Shown: positions 37,258 to 45,028 of the stretch, one piece after another
How the letters are laid out: each line of letters opens with the position of its first letter
Numbering within the stretch: position 1 is the first letter of the stretch
Assembly: GCA_036557185.1 (NCBI GenBank)
Contig: DATBHZ010000117.1
Span: forward strand, 572-64,571
Reading direction: 5' to 3'
Source of the DNA: Acidimicrobiia bacterium
GTDB lineage: Bacteria; Actinomycetota; Acidimicrobiia; IMCC26256; JAENVU01
DNA: 64,000 bases
Position numbers and translations under genes: made by a program
The notes under the pieces: generated by a model
What the model was told of the DNA's origin: nothing
What the model saw: the letters and a program-made list of their open reading frames with translations, nothing else
Databases searched by the model: none

Positions 37258-38353
37258 CGCTGCTCACCACCCCGCGGGCGACCTCCAAGCGGCGTGTCAC
37301 ATCCACGCCCGGAGGGATGACATTGGCGGTTGTCAGAATGGTCTGCGTGTCGGGCAAACACTCGACCAGGGCCGCGCAACGCTCGGGATCGAGCTCGCTG
37401 AACACGTCGTCCAGCAGCAACAGCGGCTCCGCGTCGACCGCGTCGGCCACGACTCGGTGCGCGGCGAGCCGCAACGCCAAGGCGAGCGTCCTCTGCTCAC
37501 CCTGTGAGGCGTGGTGTCGAGTCTCCAGGTCGTGGAGGAGCAACATCCAGTCGTCCCGGTGCGGGCCGACGAGGGTGAGGCCGCGGTCGAGCTCACGGCA
37601 GCGCAGGCGGTCGATCGCCCCTCTGAGCTGCTCCTCGAGGCCGTGCGGATCGCACGCTTCGTCGGACCAGCCCGGCCGGTACAGGCTCGCGAACCCCGGT
37701 GCCGTGCCCGCGAGCGCTGCATACGCTCGCTCGACGGCGGGACCGAGGGCCGTGAGCAGCTCCAGGCGGTGGGCGATCAGCGCTGCTCCGCTCACCACGA
37801 GCTTGTCGTCGAGCACCTCGAGGGTGGTGCGCTCTTCCGGGCCATGTACACCGAGACGCAACCGCGCGTTTCGTTGCTTGAGCACGCGCTCGTAGTCGGA
37901 GCGCGCCGCGGCAAAGGCCGGTGTGCAGGTCTCGAGCAAGTCGTCGAGGTACGCGCGCCGCGCGGACGGTCCCCCTTTGACGAGCTCGAGATCGTCGGGA
38001 GCGAAGACCGTGACGCGCAACGCCTCACCCAGACCGCTGCGCTTCGACAGAGCTTGCTTGTTGACGAGCACGCGGTTTCGCCCCACCGCGCGGATCGCTG
38101 CTTCGACGAGCACGGTTCTCGCGTCGTGCGCGATCTCGGAGCGCACGATGGCCTCGTCGCGACCCGACCGAACCAGTGCGGCATCCTGCACACCGCGGAA
38201 GGACCGCGCGGTCGCGACCCATCCGATCGCCTCGAGCAGGCTGGTCTTGCCCTGGCCGTTCGCACCGGTCACGACCGTGCAACCGTCGGACAGCTCGAGG
38301 TCGACCTCCTCGTAGCAGCGGAAGTCCTTGAGCCAGAGCCGCCGAAGTCGCAT
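37250..38353 (-). CDS. recF: DNA replication and repair protein RecF
   Basis: Walker A GANGQGKTSLLEA. Signature SQGEQRTLALALRLA. Walker B LLLDDVFSELD. Confidence 0.95.
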   Translation of the reverse strand: MRLRRLWLKDFRCYEEVDLELSDGCTVVTGANGQGKTSLLEAIGWVATARSFRGVQDAALVRSGRDEAIVRSEIAHDARTVLVEAAIRAVGRNRVLVNKQALSKRSGLGEALRVTVFAPDDLELVKGGPSARRAYLDDLLETCTPAFAAARSDYERVLKQRNARLRLGVHGPEERTTLEVLDDKLVVSGAALIAHRLELLTALGPAVERAYAALAGTAPGFASLYRPGWSDEACDPHGLEEQLRGAIDRLRCRELDRGLTLVGPHRDDWMLLLHDLETRHHASQGEQRTLALALRLAAHRVVADAVDAEPLLLLDDVFSELDPERCAALVECLPDTQTILTTANVIPPGVDVTRRLEVARGVVSSDG

Positions 38354-38377
38354 GACCCGAGCGTCGCGCCGGCGCGC

Positions 38378-39475
38378 TCAGGAGATGCGTACGGGCATCA
38401 GCAAGTACAGGAAGCTCGGCTTGTCGGTGCCGCGCAACGTGGCCGGCTTCAACGCATCGAGCGTCTCCAACACGGCCTCCTCGCCCTCGATGACCAAGAG
38501 GCCGTCGAGCAGGAACTGCGGGTTGAACGCCACGGCGAGGTCGGTCCCCTCGAACTTGGCGTCGAGCGCCTCGGTCGCATCGGCGCGCTCCTGGGCAGTG
38601 GCGGAGAGCTCCAGCCCCTCGCCGCTCATGGACAGCCGGACGGGTGTTCCCTCCCGTCCTTCACCGACGATCTGCATCAGCCGAACCGCTTCCTCGAGCG
38701 TCGCTCGTGGCACCGTGAGCTTGTTCGGATACCCGGACGGGATGAGCTGCTCGTAGTTCGGGAACTCGCCCTCGATCAAGCGCGCAGTGATCGAGCGGTC
38801 GTCGGACGCGAACTCCACCTCGCGCTCGCCGAGCGTCACGCGCAGCTCGCCGCTCGAGAACACACGCTGCACCTCTTGCAACGCACGCGCGCCGACCAGG
38901 ACGCGCTGGCCCGAGCTCAAGATCCCGACACCCGAGAGATCACGCACGGCGAGCCGGTACGAGTCCGTCGCGACGAGACGCAGCCCGTCCTCGGTCGCCG
39001 TCAACAGGACGCCGGTCAGGATCGGCCGCGCGTCATCGCGTGACGCTGCGGGGATCACCTGCCGGAGCGCCTCGGCGAACGGCCCGGCGTCGAGCGTCAC
39101 CGTGGCGCCGTCCGGGTTGCTCACCTGAGGGAACTCGTCGGCAGGCAGCAGCCGAACGCTCGCTCGCGCCGCGCCCGCGGAGAGCTTGGCGTCGTCACCC
39201 TCGACCTCGAAGTTCACGGATCCGGGCTTGAGCCGCGTCGTCAGCCCGTCGAAGAGCTTCGCGGGAACCACCGTCTGGCCCGGCTCGTCGACCTGCGCCG
39301 GCACACGGACACGAATCGTCAGGTCGAGGTCGCTCCCCACCAGCTCGATGTGATCGTCGGCTGCGGTCACCTGAACGCCCGACAGGACGGGCAGCGCACC
39401 GCTTCGGACGGCAATGGCTCGCTGTGCGGTACCGATGGCCTCGGCGAGCGTGTCTCGCTCGCAGCGGAACTTCAC
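38378..39475 (-). CDS. dnaN: DNA polymerase III beta sliding clamp
   Basis: MKFRCERDTLAEAI start, three-domain length (365 aa), with synteny dnaA-dnaN-recF. GTG start. Confidence 0.95.
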   Translation of the reverse strand: MKFRCERDTLAEAIGTAQRAIAVRSGALPVLSGVQVTAADDHIELVGSDLDLTIRVRVPAQVDEPGQTVVPAKLFDGLTTRLKPGSVNFEVEGDDAKLSAGAARASVRLLPADEFPQVSNPDGATVTLDAGPFAEALRQVIPAASRDDARPILTGVLLTATEDGLRLVATDSYRLAVRDLSGVGILSSGQRVLVGARALQEVQRVFSSGELRVTLGEREVEFASDDRSITARLIEGEFPNYEQLIPSGYPNKLTVPRATLEEAVRLMQIVGEGREGTPVRLSMSGEGLELSATAQERADATEALDAKFEGTDLAVAFNPQFLLDGLLVIEGEEAVLETLDALKPATLRGTDKPSFLYLLMPVRIS

Positions 39476-39691
39476 GATCCACCTCCGGGATACGTAGGAA
39501 GAGAGTTTTGATAGCAGCAGTAGTAGGGCCTGGGGATTGTGGACAAAGGAGCATCGGGCCTGCTCGGAGCGGAGATGACCGTCCCCAGCTCGTCCACCAC
39601 CGTCCCCAGGTTCTCACGCCCCGACGGGCTTGTCTGCGGTTTCCCCACCGCTGGAGGGGGATATCCCCAGACGTCCACAGGGTTATCCACC
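39476..39691. other. Probable oriC segment (dnaA-dnaN intergenic DnaA-box cluster plus AT-rich stretch)
   Basis: Perfect TTGTCCACA (as TGTGGACAA, 39538-39546). TCGTCCACC at 39590-39598. ACGTCCACA at 39671-39679. TTATCCACC at 39683-39691, overlapping the dnaA TAA stop. Locally AT-rich GAGAGTTTTGATAGCAGCAGTAGTAG at about 39501-39526. Confidence 0.7.
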
Positions 39692-41089
39692 GGTCCCGAG
39701 TCGGATGCGGCTCATCAGCTCGTTGACCTGGTCGAACACGCTGTGGCGCTCGGTGATCAGGGACTTCACCTTCTCGACCGCGTGCATGACGGTCGTGTGG
39801 TCCCGGCCACCGAATTCCTCGGCGATCTTGGGATACGAGAAGTCGGTGAGCTCGCGGAAGACGTACATCCCGATCTGCCGCGCGAGCACCAGGGGCCGTC
39901 GACGGCTCTTCCCCGTGAGGTCATCGACGGTGAAGCCGAACATCTTGGCCGTCTCCTCGAGGATCAGCTGCGGGGTGATGACCCGGTCGGTCGTCGTGGG
40001 GAGGAGATCCGCGAGGACCTTCTGTGCGACCTCCTCGGAAAGCGGGGCCCGGTTGAGGCTCGAGTAGGCGGCGACGCGGATGAGCGCCCCCTCGAGCTCG
40101 CGGACGTTGTCGCTGATGTTGCTGGCGATGAAGTTCAGGACGTCGTCCGGGATCCCGCCGAGATGCTCGGTCTCGGCCTTCGTGCGGAGGATCGCCAGCC
40201 GAGTCTCGAACTCGGGGGGCTGGACGTCGGTGGTGAGGCCCCATTCCAGGCGGGTGCGGAGCCGGTCCTCGAGCCTCGGGATCTGGCGTGGAGGGCGGTC
40301 CGACGACAGCACGATCTGGTTGCCGGCCCCGTGCAGTGAGTTGAACGTATGGAAGAACTCCTCCTGGAGCTGCTGGCTGCGCTCGAGGAACTGAATGTCG
40401 TCGACGAGCAGCACGTCGACCTCGCGGTAGCGCCTCCGGAACGCGTTGCCGGCGTTGTTTCGGATCGCGTCCACGAACTCGTTCATGAGCGTCTCGGTGG
40501 AGACGTACCGCACACGTCGCAGCTTGTGGACGTCGCGCACGTAGTTCCCGATGGCATGGAGGAGATGCGTCTTGCCGAGCCCGGCGGGTCCGTAGATGAA
40601 CAACGGGTTGTACGAGCGCGCAGGGTTCTCGGCGACCTGCAGCGAGGCCGCGTGGGCGAACCGATTGGAGGCCCCGATCACGAATTGGTCGAACGTGTAG
40701 CGCGCGTTGAGCGCGGTCCATGGAGCGGCGGCATCCTCCCGGTTCATGGGAGGTGCGGCCGTGTCAAGAGGGGGCGTCACGCCAGCGGGGAGTAACGGGG
40801 CAACAACGATGGGCTCCTCGGCGCGAGGCGACGATTCGACGACGAGGTCCACGTCGATCGGCGCGCCCGTCGCGTCGTGCAGCAGGTCGACGAGCAGACC
40901 GCGGAAGCTCGAGCGGATGCGCTCACATGCCACAGAGCTCGGGATGCCGAGCACCAGTGTGCTGCCGTCGAAATCCAACGGGCGCACATCGCGGAACCAC
41001 GTGTTCCAGGTGCCTTCCGTGAGCTGCGCGCGCAGGGCTGTGCTGCCGACGTCCCAGAGCTGCGCGGGAGACGTCGACACCGTGTCCAT
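39683..41089 (-). CDS. dnaA: Chromosomal replication initiator protein DnaA
   Basis: AAA+ core [25 protein letters not shown] and C-terminal DNA-binding domain [12 protein letters not shown]. The start is placed at ATG 41089 ([12 protein letters not shown]). The 260 upstream codons of the track ORF are rejected. Confidence 0.95.
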   Translation of the reverse strand: MDTVSTSPAQLWDVGSTALRAQLTEGTWNTWFRDVRPLDFDGSTLVLGIPSSVACERIRSSFRGLLVDLLHDATGAPIDVDLVVESSPRAEEPIVVAPLLPAGVTPPLDTAAPPMNREDAAAPWTALNARYTFDQFVIGASNRFAHAASLQVAENPARSYNPLFIYGPAGLGKTHLLHAIGNYVRDVHKLRRVRYVSTETLMNEFVDAIRNNAGNAFRRRYREVDVLLVDDIQFLERSQQLQEEFFHTFNSLHGAGNQIVLSSDRPPRQIPRLEDRLRTRLEWGLTTDVQPPEFETRLAILRTKAETEHLGGIPDDVLNFIASNISDNVRELEGALIRVAAYSSLNRAPLSEEVAQKVLADLLPTTTDRVITPQLILEETAKMFGFTVDDLTGKSRRRPLVLARQIGMYVFRELTDFSYPKIAEEFGGRDHTTVMHAVEKVKSLITERHSVFDQVNELMSRIRLGTGG

Positions 41090-41090
41090 G

Positions 41091-41122
41091 TTTTCCACAG
41101 GCGTGTCCACAGGTGTGGAGAA
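41091..41122. promoter_or_regulatory. Three DnaA-box-like 9-mers abutting the dnaA start codon
   Basis: TTTTCCACA at 41091-41099. GTGTCCACA at 41103-41111. TGTGGAGAA at 41114-41122 (reverse complement TTCTCCACA). Confidence 0.65.
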
Positions 41123-41538
41123 TCCGGACGTCACAGCGCGCCTTTGCGCACCCTTCCGCCCGATCCCGAGGTGGCGGCCTGCCATGGGCACGAGGCCCCT
41201 CGGGGAAGTTTCGTCCCACCGAGGCCGAGGCGGTGGTACGAAGGCGGCGAACGTACCAAACGCGCGCTCACGCGACAAGGGAGAGATCCGCAACGACTCT
41301 CGCCGGAAAACGCCATCCGATGGGGACTTCCGCAGCGCTCGCGCGTCCTCGCGCGGCTCGTGGGGAGGCTTCCCCGAATCGCGCGCATCGTGGCGCAGAG
41401 CCGGCCGCGTCGCCGCGCGTTGCGGCTTCGGCCAACCCCGCCGTACAATCAACGGTCCTTCGCGTTCTTCTGCCGGCCCATCCCATCCTCCGGGCCGCAG
41501 CCCGCCCAGACCCCGGCGCACGTTCTCTCGAGGAGGCC

Positions 41539-42003
41539 ATGCGTGAAGCGGACCTTCCAGCCCAACAATCGGAAGCGCAAGAAGAAGCACGGCTTCCGCA
41601 CCCGAATGAGGACACGCGCAGGTCGCGCGGTCCTCAAGTCGCGCCGTCGGCGCGGTCGGGCCCGTCTGTCGGCCTGACCTGGCGCGTTCGAGGTCATCGT
41701 GCCTTCGGGGAGCTCGCCCGAGCTGCGCCGCGTCGTGCAGGCGCGCTGTCCCTCCGGTACCGCGCGGGTTCCGACGCGGACGAGCCACCGCGGATCGCGT
41801 TCGCGATCGCGCGGAACGTGGGGTCGGCACCGGTGAGGAACCGCCTGCGCCGCCGCCTCCGATCGGCAATGCGGTCGCTCGACCTCCGGCCGGGCAGCTC
41901 GTATCTCGTGGGCGCGGGGAGCGCCGCGGTGTCGAACACCTACGGCGAGCTTGTCTCGACGCTCGAAGACCTCGTGGCTTCCGCGCACGGAGACGCGCGG
42001 TGA
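41539..42003 (+). CDS. rnpA: Ribonuclease P protein component; proposed start at ATG 41539 so that rpmH is nested out of frame
   Basis: Conserved core ...[25 protein letters not shown]... There is no ATG/GTG/TTG in frame between the rpmH stop and the conserved core. The only SD-associated in-frame start is ATG 41539. The alternative is a CTG at 41674. Confidence 0.6.
   Translation: MREADLPAQQSEAQEEARLPHPNEDTRRSRGPQVAPSARSGPSVGLTWRVRGHRAFGELARAAPRRAGALSLRYRAGSDADEPPRIAFAIARNVGSAPVRNRLRRRLRSAMRSLDLRPGSSYLVGAGSAAVSNTYGELVSTLEDLVASAHGDAR
41543..41677 (+). CDS. rpmH: 50S ribosomal protein L34
   Basis: [47 protein letters not shown] start 6 nt after AGGAGG (41531-41536). Confidence 0.95.
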   Translation: MKRTFQPNNRKRKKKHGFRTRMRTRAGRAVLKSRRRRGRARLSA

Positions 42004-42266
42004 GCGCCGACCCGCGCCCGACTCCTGCCGCGCGCGCGGCGATGACGGCAATCCGTGGCTACCAGCATCTGGCCTCCTGGACCCCCTCGCGGTGCCGCTT
42101 CTACCCCACCTGCTCGCAGTACGCGATCGAGGCGATCGCCGCGCACGGCGTCGTGCACGGTACCGGGCTCGGTCTCCGTCGGATCGGACGCTGCCACCCG
42201 TGGCACGCTGGTGGGTTCGACCCCGTTCCCGAGCCCCCTCGGTCTCCCCTCCCTCGAGCTAGGTAG
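42000..42266 (+). CDS. yidD: Membrane protein insertion efficiency factor YidD
   Basis: [34 protein letters not shown]. The GTG start overlaps the rnpA stop (GTGA). Confidence 0.92.
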   Translation: MSADPRPTPAARAAMTAIRGYQHLASWTPSRCRFYPTCSQYAIEAIAAHGVVHGTGLGLRRIGRCHPWHAGGFDPVPEPPRSPLPRAR

Positions 42267-42271
42267 TCAGC

Positions 42272-43402
42272 ATGGGTTTCCTCGATCCGCTCAACAACGC
42301 ACTCGGGTGGCTGCTCGCGTTCTTCTACAGCATCATCCCGAACACCGGGGTCGCGATCATCCTGCTGACCGTCGCGGTGCGCCTCGTTCTCTTCCCGCTG
42401 ACCGCGAAGCAGGCGAAGTCGATGATCGCCATGCAACGCGTGCAGCCCGAGCTGAAGAAGCTTCAGGCGAAGTACAAGAACGACCGCCAGAAGCTCAGCG
42501 AAGAGACGATGAAGTTCTACAAGGAGAACCAGATCAACCCGCTGTCGGGTTGTCTGCCGCTCATCTTGCAGATGCCGATCTGGTTCTCGTTGGTCGAGAC
42601 GCTGCGCCGCATCCAGGAGTTCATCCCGAAGAGCTCGCAGATGTACCAGAGCGTCTGCGGCGGCCACGGGGCCTGCAAGAGCCCGAACCTGCAGTTCCTG
42701 GGCATGGACCTCACCAAGAGCGCGGCGCACGCCGGCGGGATGCCGGGCGCGACCCCCTACTACATCCTCGTGGTCCTGCTCGTGGTCACGATGTTCCTCC
42801 AGCAGCGCCAGATGATGCGTTTCCAGACGCAGGTCAACCCACAGATGCAGATGATGTCGAGGGTGATGCCCGCCGTGTTCGGCGCCCTGTCGTTCATCTA
42901 CCCCGCGGGTGTGGCGCTCTACTTCCTGGTCAGCACGGTCTGGCAGATCGGCCAGCAGGAGCTGGTGATTCGCACCATGGACAACGCGCCCGCTCCGGGA
43001 AAGGTGAAAGCCGTCGAAGCCGCGAGCGTGGTCGAGGGAGACGAGAGCAAGCCGAAACCCGCCGCCGGGCTCAAGGGCATGTTCGGCAACCTTCGAGCCC
43101 AACCGCAGCTCTCGAACGGCGGCGAATCGCAGAACGGCGCCTCGGGCGACGAAGCGGCCGCCGAAGGCGGGAAGGCGACGCAGTCGGCGAAGGCGTCCGG
43201 CGGGTCCTCGTCCGGTGCAGCGAAATCGGGTGGCGCCTCGCGTGGCGGCTCCGGGTCCGGCGCAGCGAAGACCGGCCCGAAGACCGGAGGCGCTGCCAAG
43301 TCGGGCGGAGCCAAGTCGGGCGGTGCCAAGTCCGGAGGCGGTCAGCGGTCCGGCGGAGGCCAGAGCAACCGTCGGCGGAACAACCGAAAGCGGAAGCGGT
43401 AG
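42272..43402 (+). CDS. yidC: Membrane protein insertase YidC with Gly/Ser/Lys-rich basic C-terminal tail
   Basis: LFPLTAKQAKSMIAMQRVQPELKKLQAKYKND and NPLSGCLPLILQMPIWF. The tail contains AKSGG repeated 3 times and ends NRRRNNRKRKR. Confidence 0.93.
   Translation: MGFLDPLNNALGWLLAFFYSIIPNTGVAIILLTVAVRLVLFPLTAKQAKSMIAMQRVQPELKKLQAKYKNDRQKLSEETMKFYKENQINPLSGCLPLILQMPIWFSLVETLRRIQEFIPKSSQMYQSVCGGHGACKSPNLQFLGMDLTKSAAHAGGMPGATPYYILVVLLVVTMFLQQRQMMRFQTQVNPQMQMMSRVMPAVFGALSFIYPAGVALYFLVSTVWQIGQQELVIRTMDNAPAPGKVKAVEAASVVEGDESKPKPAAGLKGMFGNLRAQPQLSNGGESQNGASGDEAAAEGGKATQSAKASGGSSSGAAKSGGASRGGSGSGAAKTGPKTGGAAKSGGAKSGGAKSGGGQRSGGGQSNRRRNNRKRKR
43295..43339. repeat. Three tandem 15-bp units (GCCAAGTCGGGCGGN) encoding AKSGG in the YidC tail
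   Basis: Read directly from the sequence. The units are in frame with yidC. Confidence 0.8.
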
Positions 43403-44239
43403 ATGGAGTGGGTCGAGACCACGGGGAAGTCGATCGAGGCAGCGCTGGATGCGGCGCTCGACGAGCTCGGTGTCCATGAGGACGATGTCGAGTACGAGGT
43501 CATCGAGGAGCCGCGGAGCGGATTTCTCGGCCGGCTGGGCGGCGCCGAGGCCCGGATCCGGGTGCGCATCCGGCCGGTGTCGCGCGAGAAGCCGGCGGAT
43601 CGGCGGCGCCGGAGGGGCTCGGGCGGGTCACGCGGTGGTCGTGACATGCAGCGGCCGCGCAGCCGGTCGGGCGCAGGATCCAGTGGAGGAAACGGCGCGC
43701 AGGGCTCGAAGAGCTCCCGGGGCCGAGGAGGACGCGGGGTGGAGTCGGGTGCGGAGGGCGACATGAGCGAGGTCATCGACATTCCGATCGAGCGCCAGGC
43801 GGCGTCGGTCACCGAGTTCGCGCGTGGGCTGGTCGACGCCTTCGGGTTCGACGCGGACATCTCCGAGGAGATCGAGGACGACACGATCACCCTTCGGATC
43901 GATGGCCCCGAGCTGGGTCTGCTCGTCGGCCCGAAGGGGGCGACCCTGTCCGCGATCGAGGAGCTCGCTCGTGCGGTGCTCCAGAAGGAGACCGGTGGGC
44001 ACGGCGCCCGCCTGCGGGTCGACGTCGCGGGCTATCGGGCCAAGCGACGCGCCGCCCTCGAGGAGTTCGTGGAGGGTCTGGTCGAGAAGGTGCGAGCCAG
44101 CGGCAGCGAGCTGGCGCTGGAGCCCATGAGCTCCTCGGATCGCAAGGTCGTGCACGACACGGTGGCCGAGCTCGACGGCGTGGAGACCACGTCCGAGGGC
44201 GAGGAGCCACGGCGGCGAGTCGTCATTCGACCCGTGTAG
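43403..44239 (+). CDS. jag: Jag/KhpB-type RNA-binding protein (Jag_N, KH, R3H) with Arg/Gly/Ser-rich insert
   Basis: N-terminal VETTGKSIEAALDAALDELG, KH-like LLVGPKGATLSAIEEL and R3H-like LEPMSSSDRKVVHDTV. The start directly follows the yidC stop. Confidence 0.88.
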   Translation: MEWVETTGKSIEAALDAALDELGVHEDDVEYEVIEEPRSGFLGRLGGAEARIRVRIRPVSREKPADRRRRRGSGGSRGGRDMQRPRSRSGAGSSGGNGAQGSKSSRGRGGRGVESGAEGDMSEVIDIPIERQAASVTEFARGLVDAFGFDADISEEIEDDTITLRIDGPELGLLVGPKGATLSAIEELARAVLQKETGGHGARLRVDVAGYRAKRRAALEEFVEGLVEKVRASGSELALEPMSSSDRKVVHDTVAELDGVETTSEGEEPRRRVVIRPV

Positions 44240-44863
44240 ATGGACCGGGCGCCGCGCGCCGCGCTGGAGGCGCTGCTCACGGACGCCCGGACCCGGGGCT
44301 TCGTCGGGCCGGGGCCCATCGGTGCGCACATCACCCATGCCGAGGCGTGGGCGGCGATCCTCGCGGGTGAGCCGGGCCCGTTCCTCGATCTCGGGAGCGG
44401 CGCCGGCCTGCCGGGCTTGGTGCTCGCCCTCGAGCGGGCGCAGGACCACGCCACCCTGCTCGACGCCAGCGACCGCCGCGCTGCGTGGCTCGCCCACGCC
44501 GTCGACGAGCTGGACCTGTCCGGTCGAGTCGAGGTGCGCCGAGGGCGGGCCGAGACGGTCGGTCGGGAGCACGGGCTCCGGGAGGGCTATGCCCTGGTCG
44601 TGGCGCGCAGCTTCGGCTCCGCGGCGGAGACCGCTGAGTGTGCCACCGCGTTCGCGCGCCTCGGAGGGGCCGTGAGCGTGAGCGAGCCGCCGGCGGCCGA
44701 CCCGACCCGTTGGCCCGCGGACGAGGTCTGGCGGCTCGGCCTGGTCCTCGAACGGACAGTCGTGCATGACGGCGCCACGTTCGTTATCCTGCGGAAGCGA
44801 GGAACCTTGGGCGACCAGTTTCCTCGCCGCGACGGGCTGCCACATCATCGCCCACTGTGGTGA
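44240..44863 (+). CDS. rsmG: 16S rRNA (guanine527-N7)-methyltransferase RsmG
   Basis: SAM motif LDLGSGAGLPGLVLA. Synteny jag-rsmG-parA. Confidence 0.9.
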   Translation: MDRAPRAALEALLTDARTRGFVGPGPIGAHITHAEAWAAILAGEPGPFLDLGSGAGLPGLVLALERAQDHATLLDASDRRAAWLAHAVDELDLSGRVEVRRGRAETVGREHGLREGYALVVARSFGSAAETAECATAFARLGGAVSVSEPPAADPTRWPADEVWRLGLVLERTVVHDGATFVILRKRGTLGDQFPRRDGLPHHRPLW

Positions 44864-44867
44864 CGAC

Positions 44868-44881
44868 GTTCCACGTGGAAC
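44868..44881. other. parS-like palindrome 1
   Basis: GTTCCACGTGGAAC, compared with the canonical GTTTCACGTGAAAC. It is a perfect 14-bp palindrome. Confidence 0.75.
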
Positions 44882-44931
44882 ATGTCGTCGCCGGGCCCCT
44901 ACCGAGAGAGGAACCGTCGTGTCGACCGGAG

Positions 44932-44945
44932 GTTCCACGTGGAAC
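44932..44945. other. parS-like palindrome 2
   Basis: Identical GTTCCACGTGGAAC, 64 bp downstream of copy 1 and upstream of the likely parA start. Confidence 0.75.
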
Positions 44946-45028
44946 CTCTCGGTCCGAAAGTCTCGACCAGGGGAAGAGGATGCTCGGGAGGCTCCGCCTC
45001 GCGCCCGGCATCAGAGGGGACGTCGGTG

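Noticed and set aside
41090-41869. 260-codon N-terminal extension of the dnaA ORF (track ORF 39683..41869)
   Set aside because: The extension would cover the DnaA boxes, the rpmH promoter and rpmH itself on the opposite strand. It is Arg/Pro-rich. The canonical DnaA N-terminus ([12 protein letters not shown]…TWNTWF) begins at ATG 41089.
44882-45028. Longest-ORF start for parA at ATG 44882
   Set aside because: It would place a parS palindrome inside the coding region and begin 1 nt after the first parS. The encoded peptide (MSSPGPYRERNRRVDRRFHVEPLG…) is Arg-rich. ATG 45029, with a purine-rich upstream stretch, is preferred, though this is not proven.
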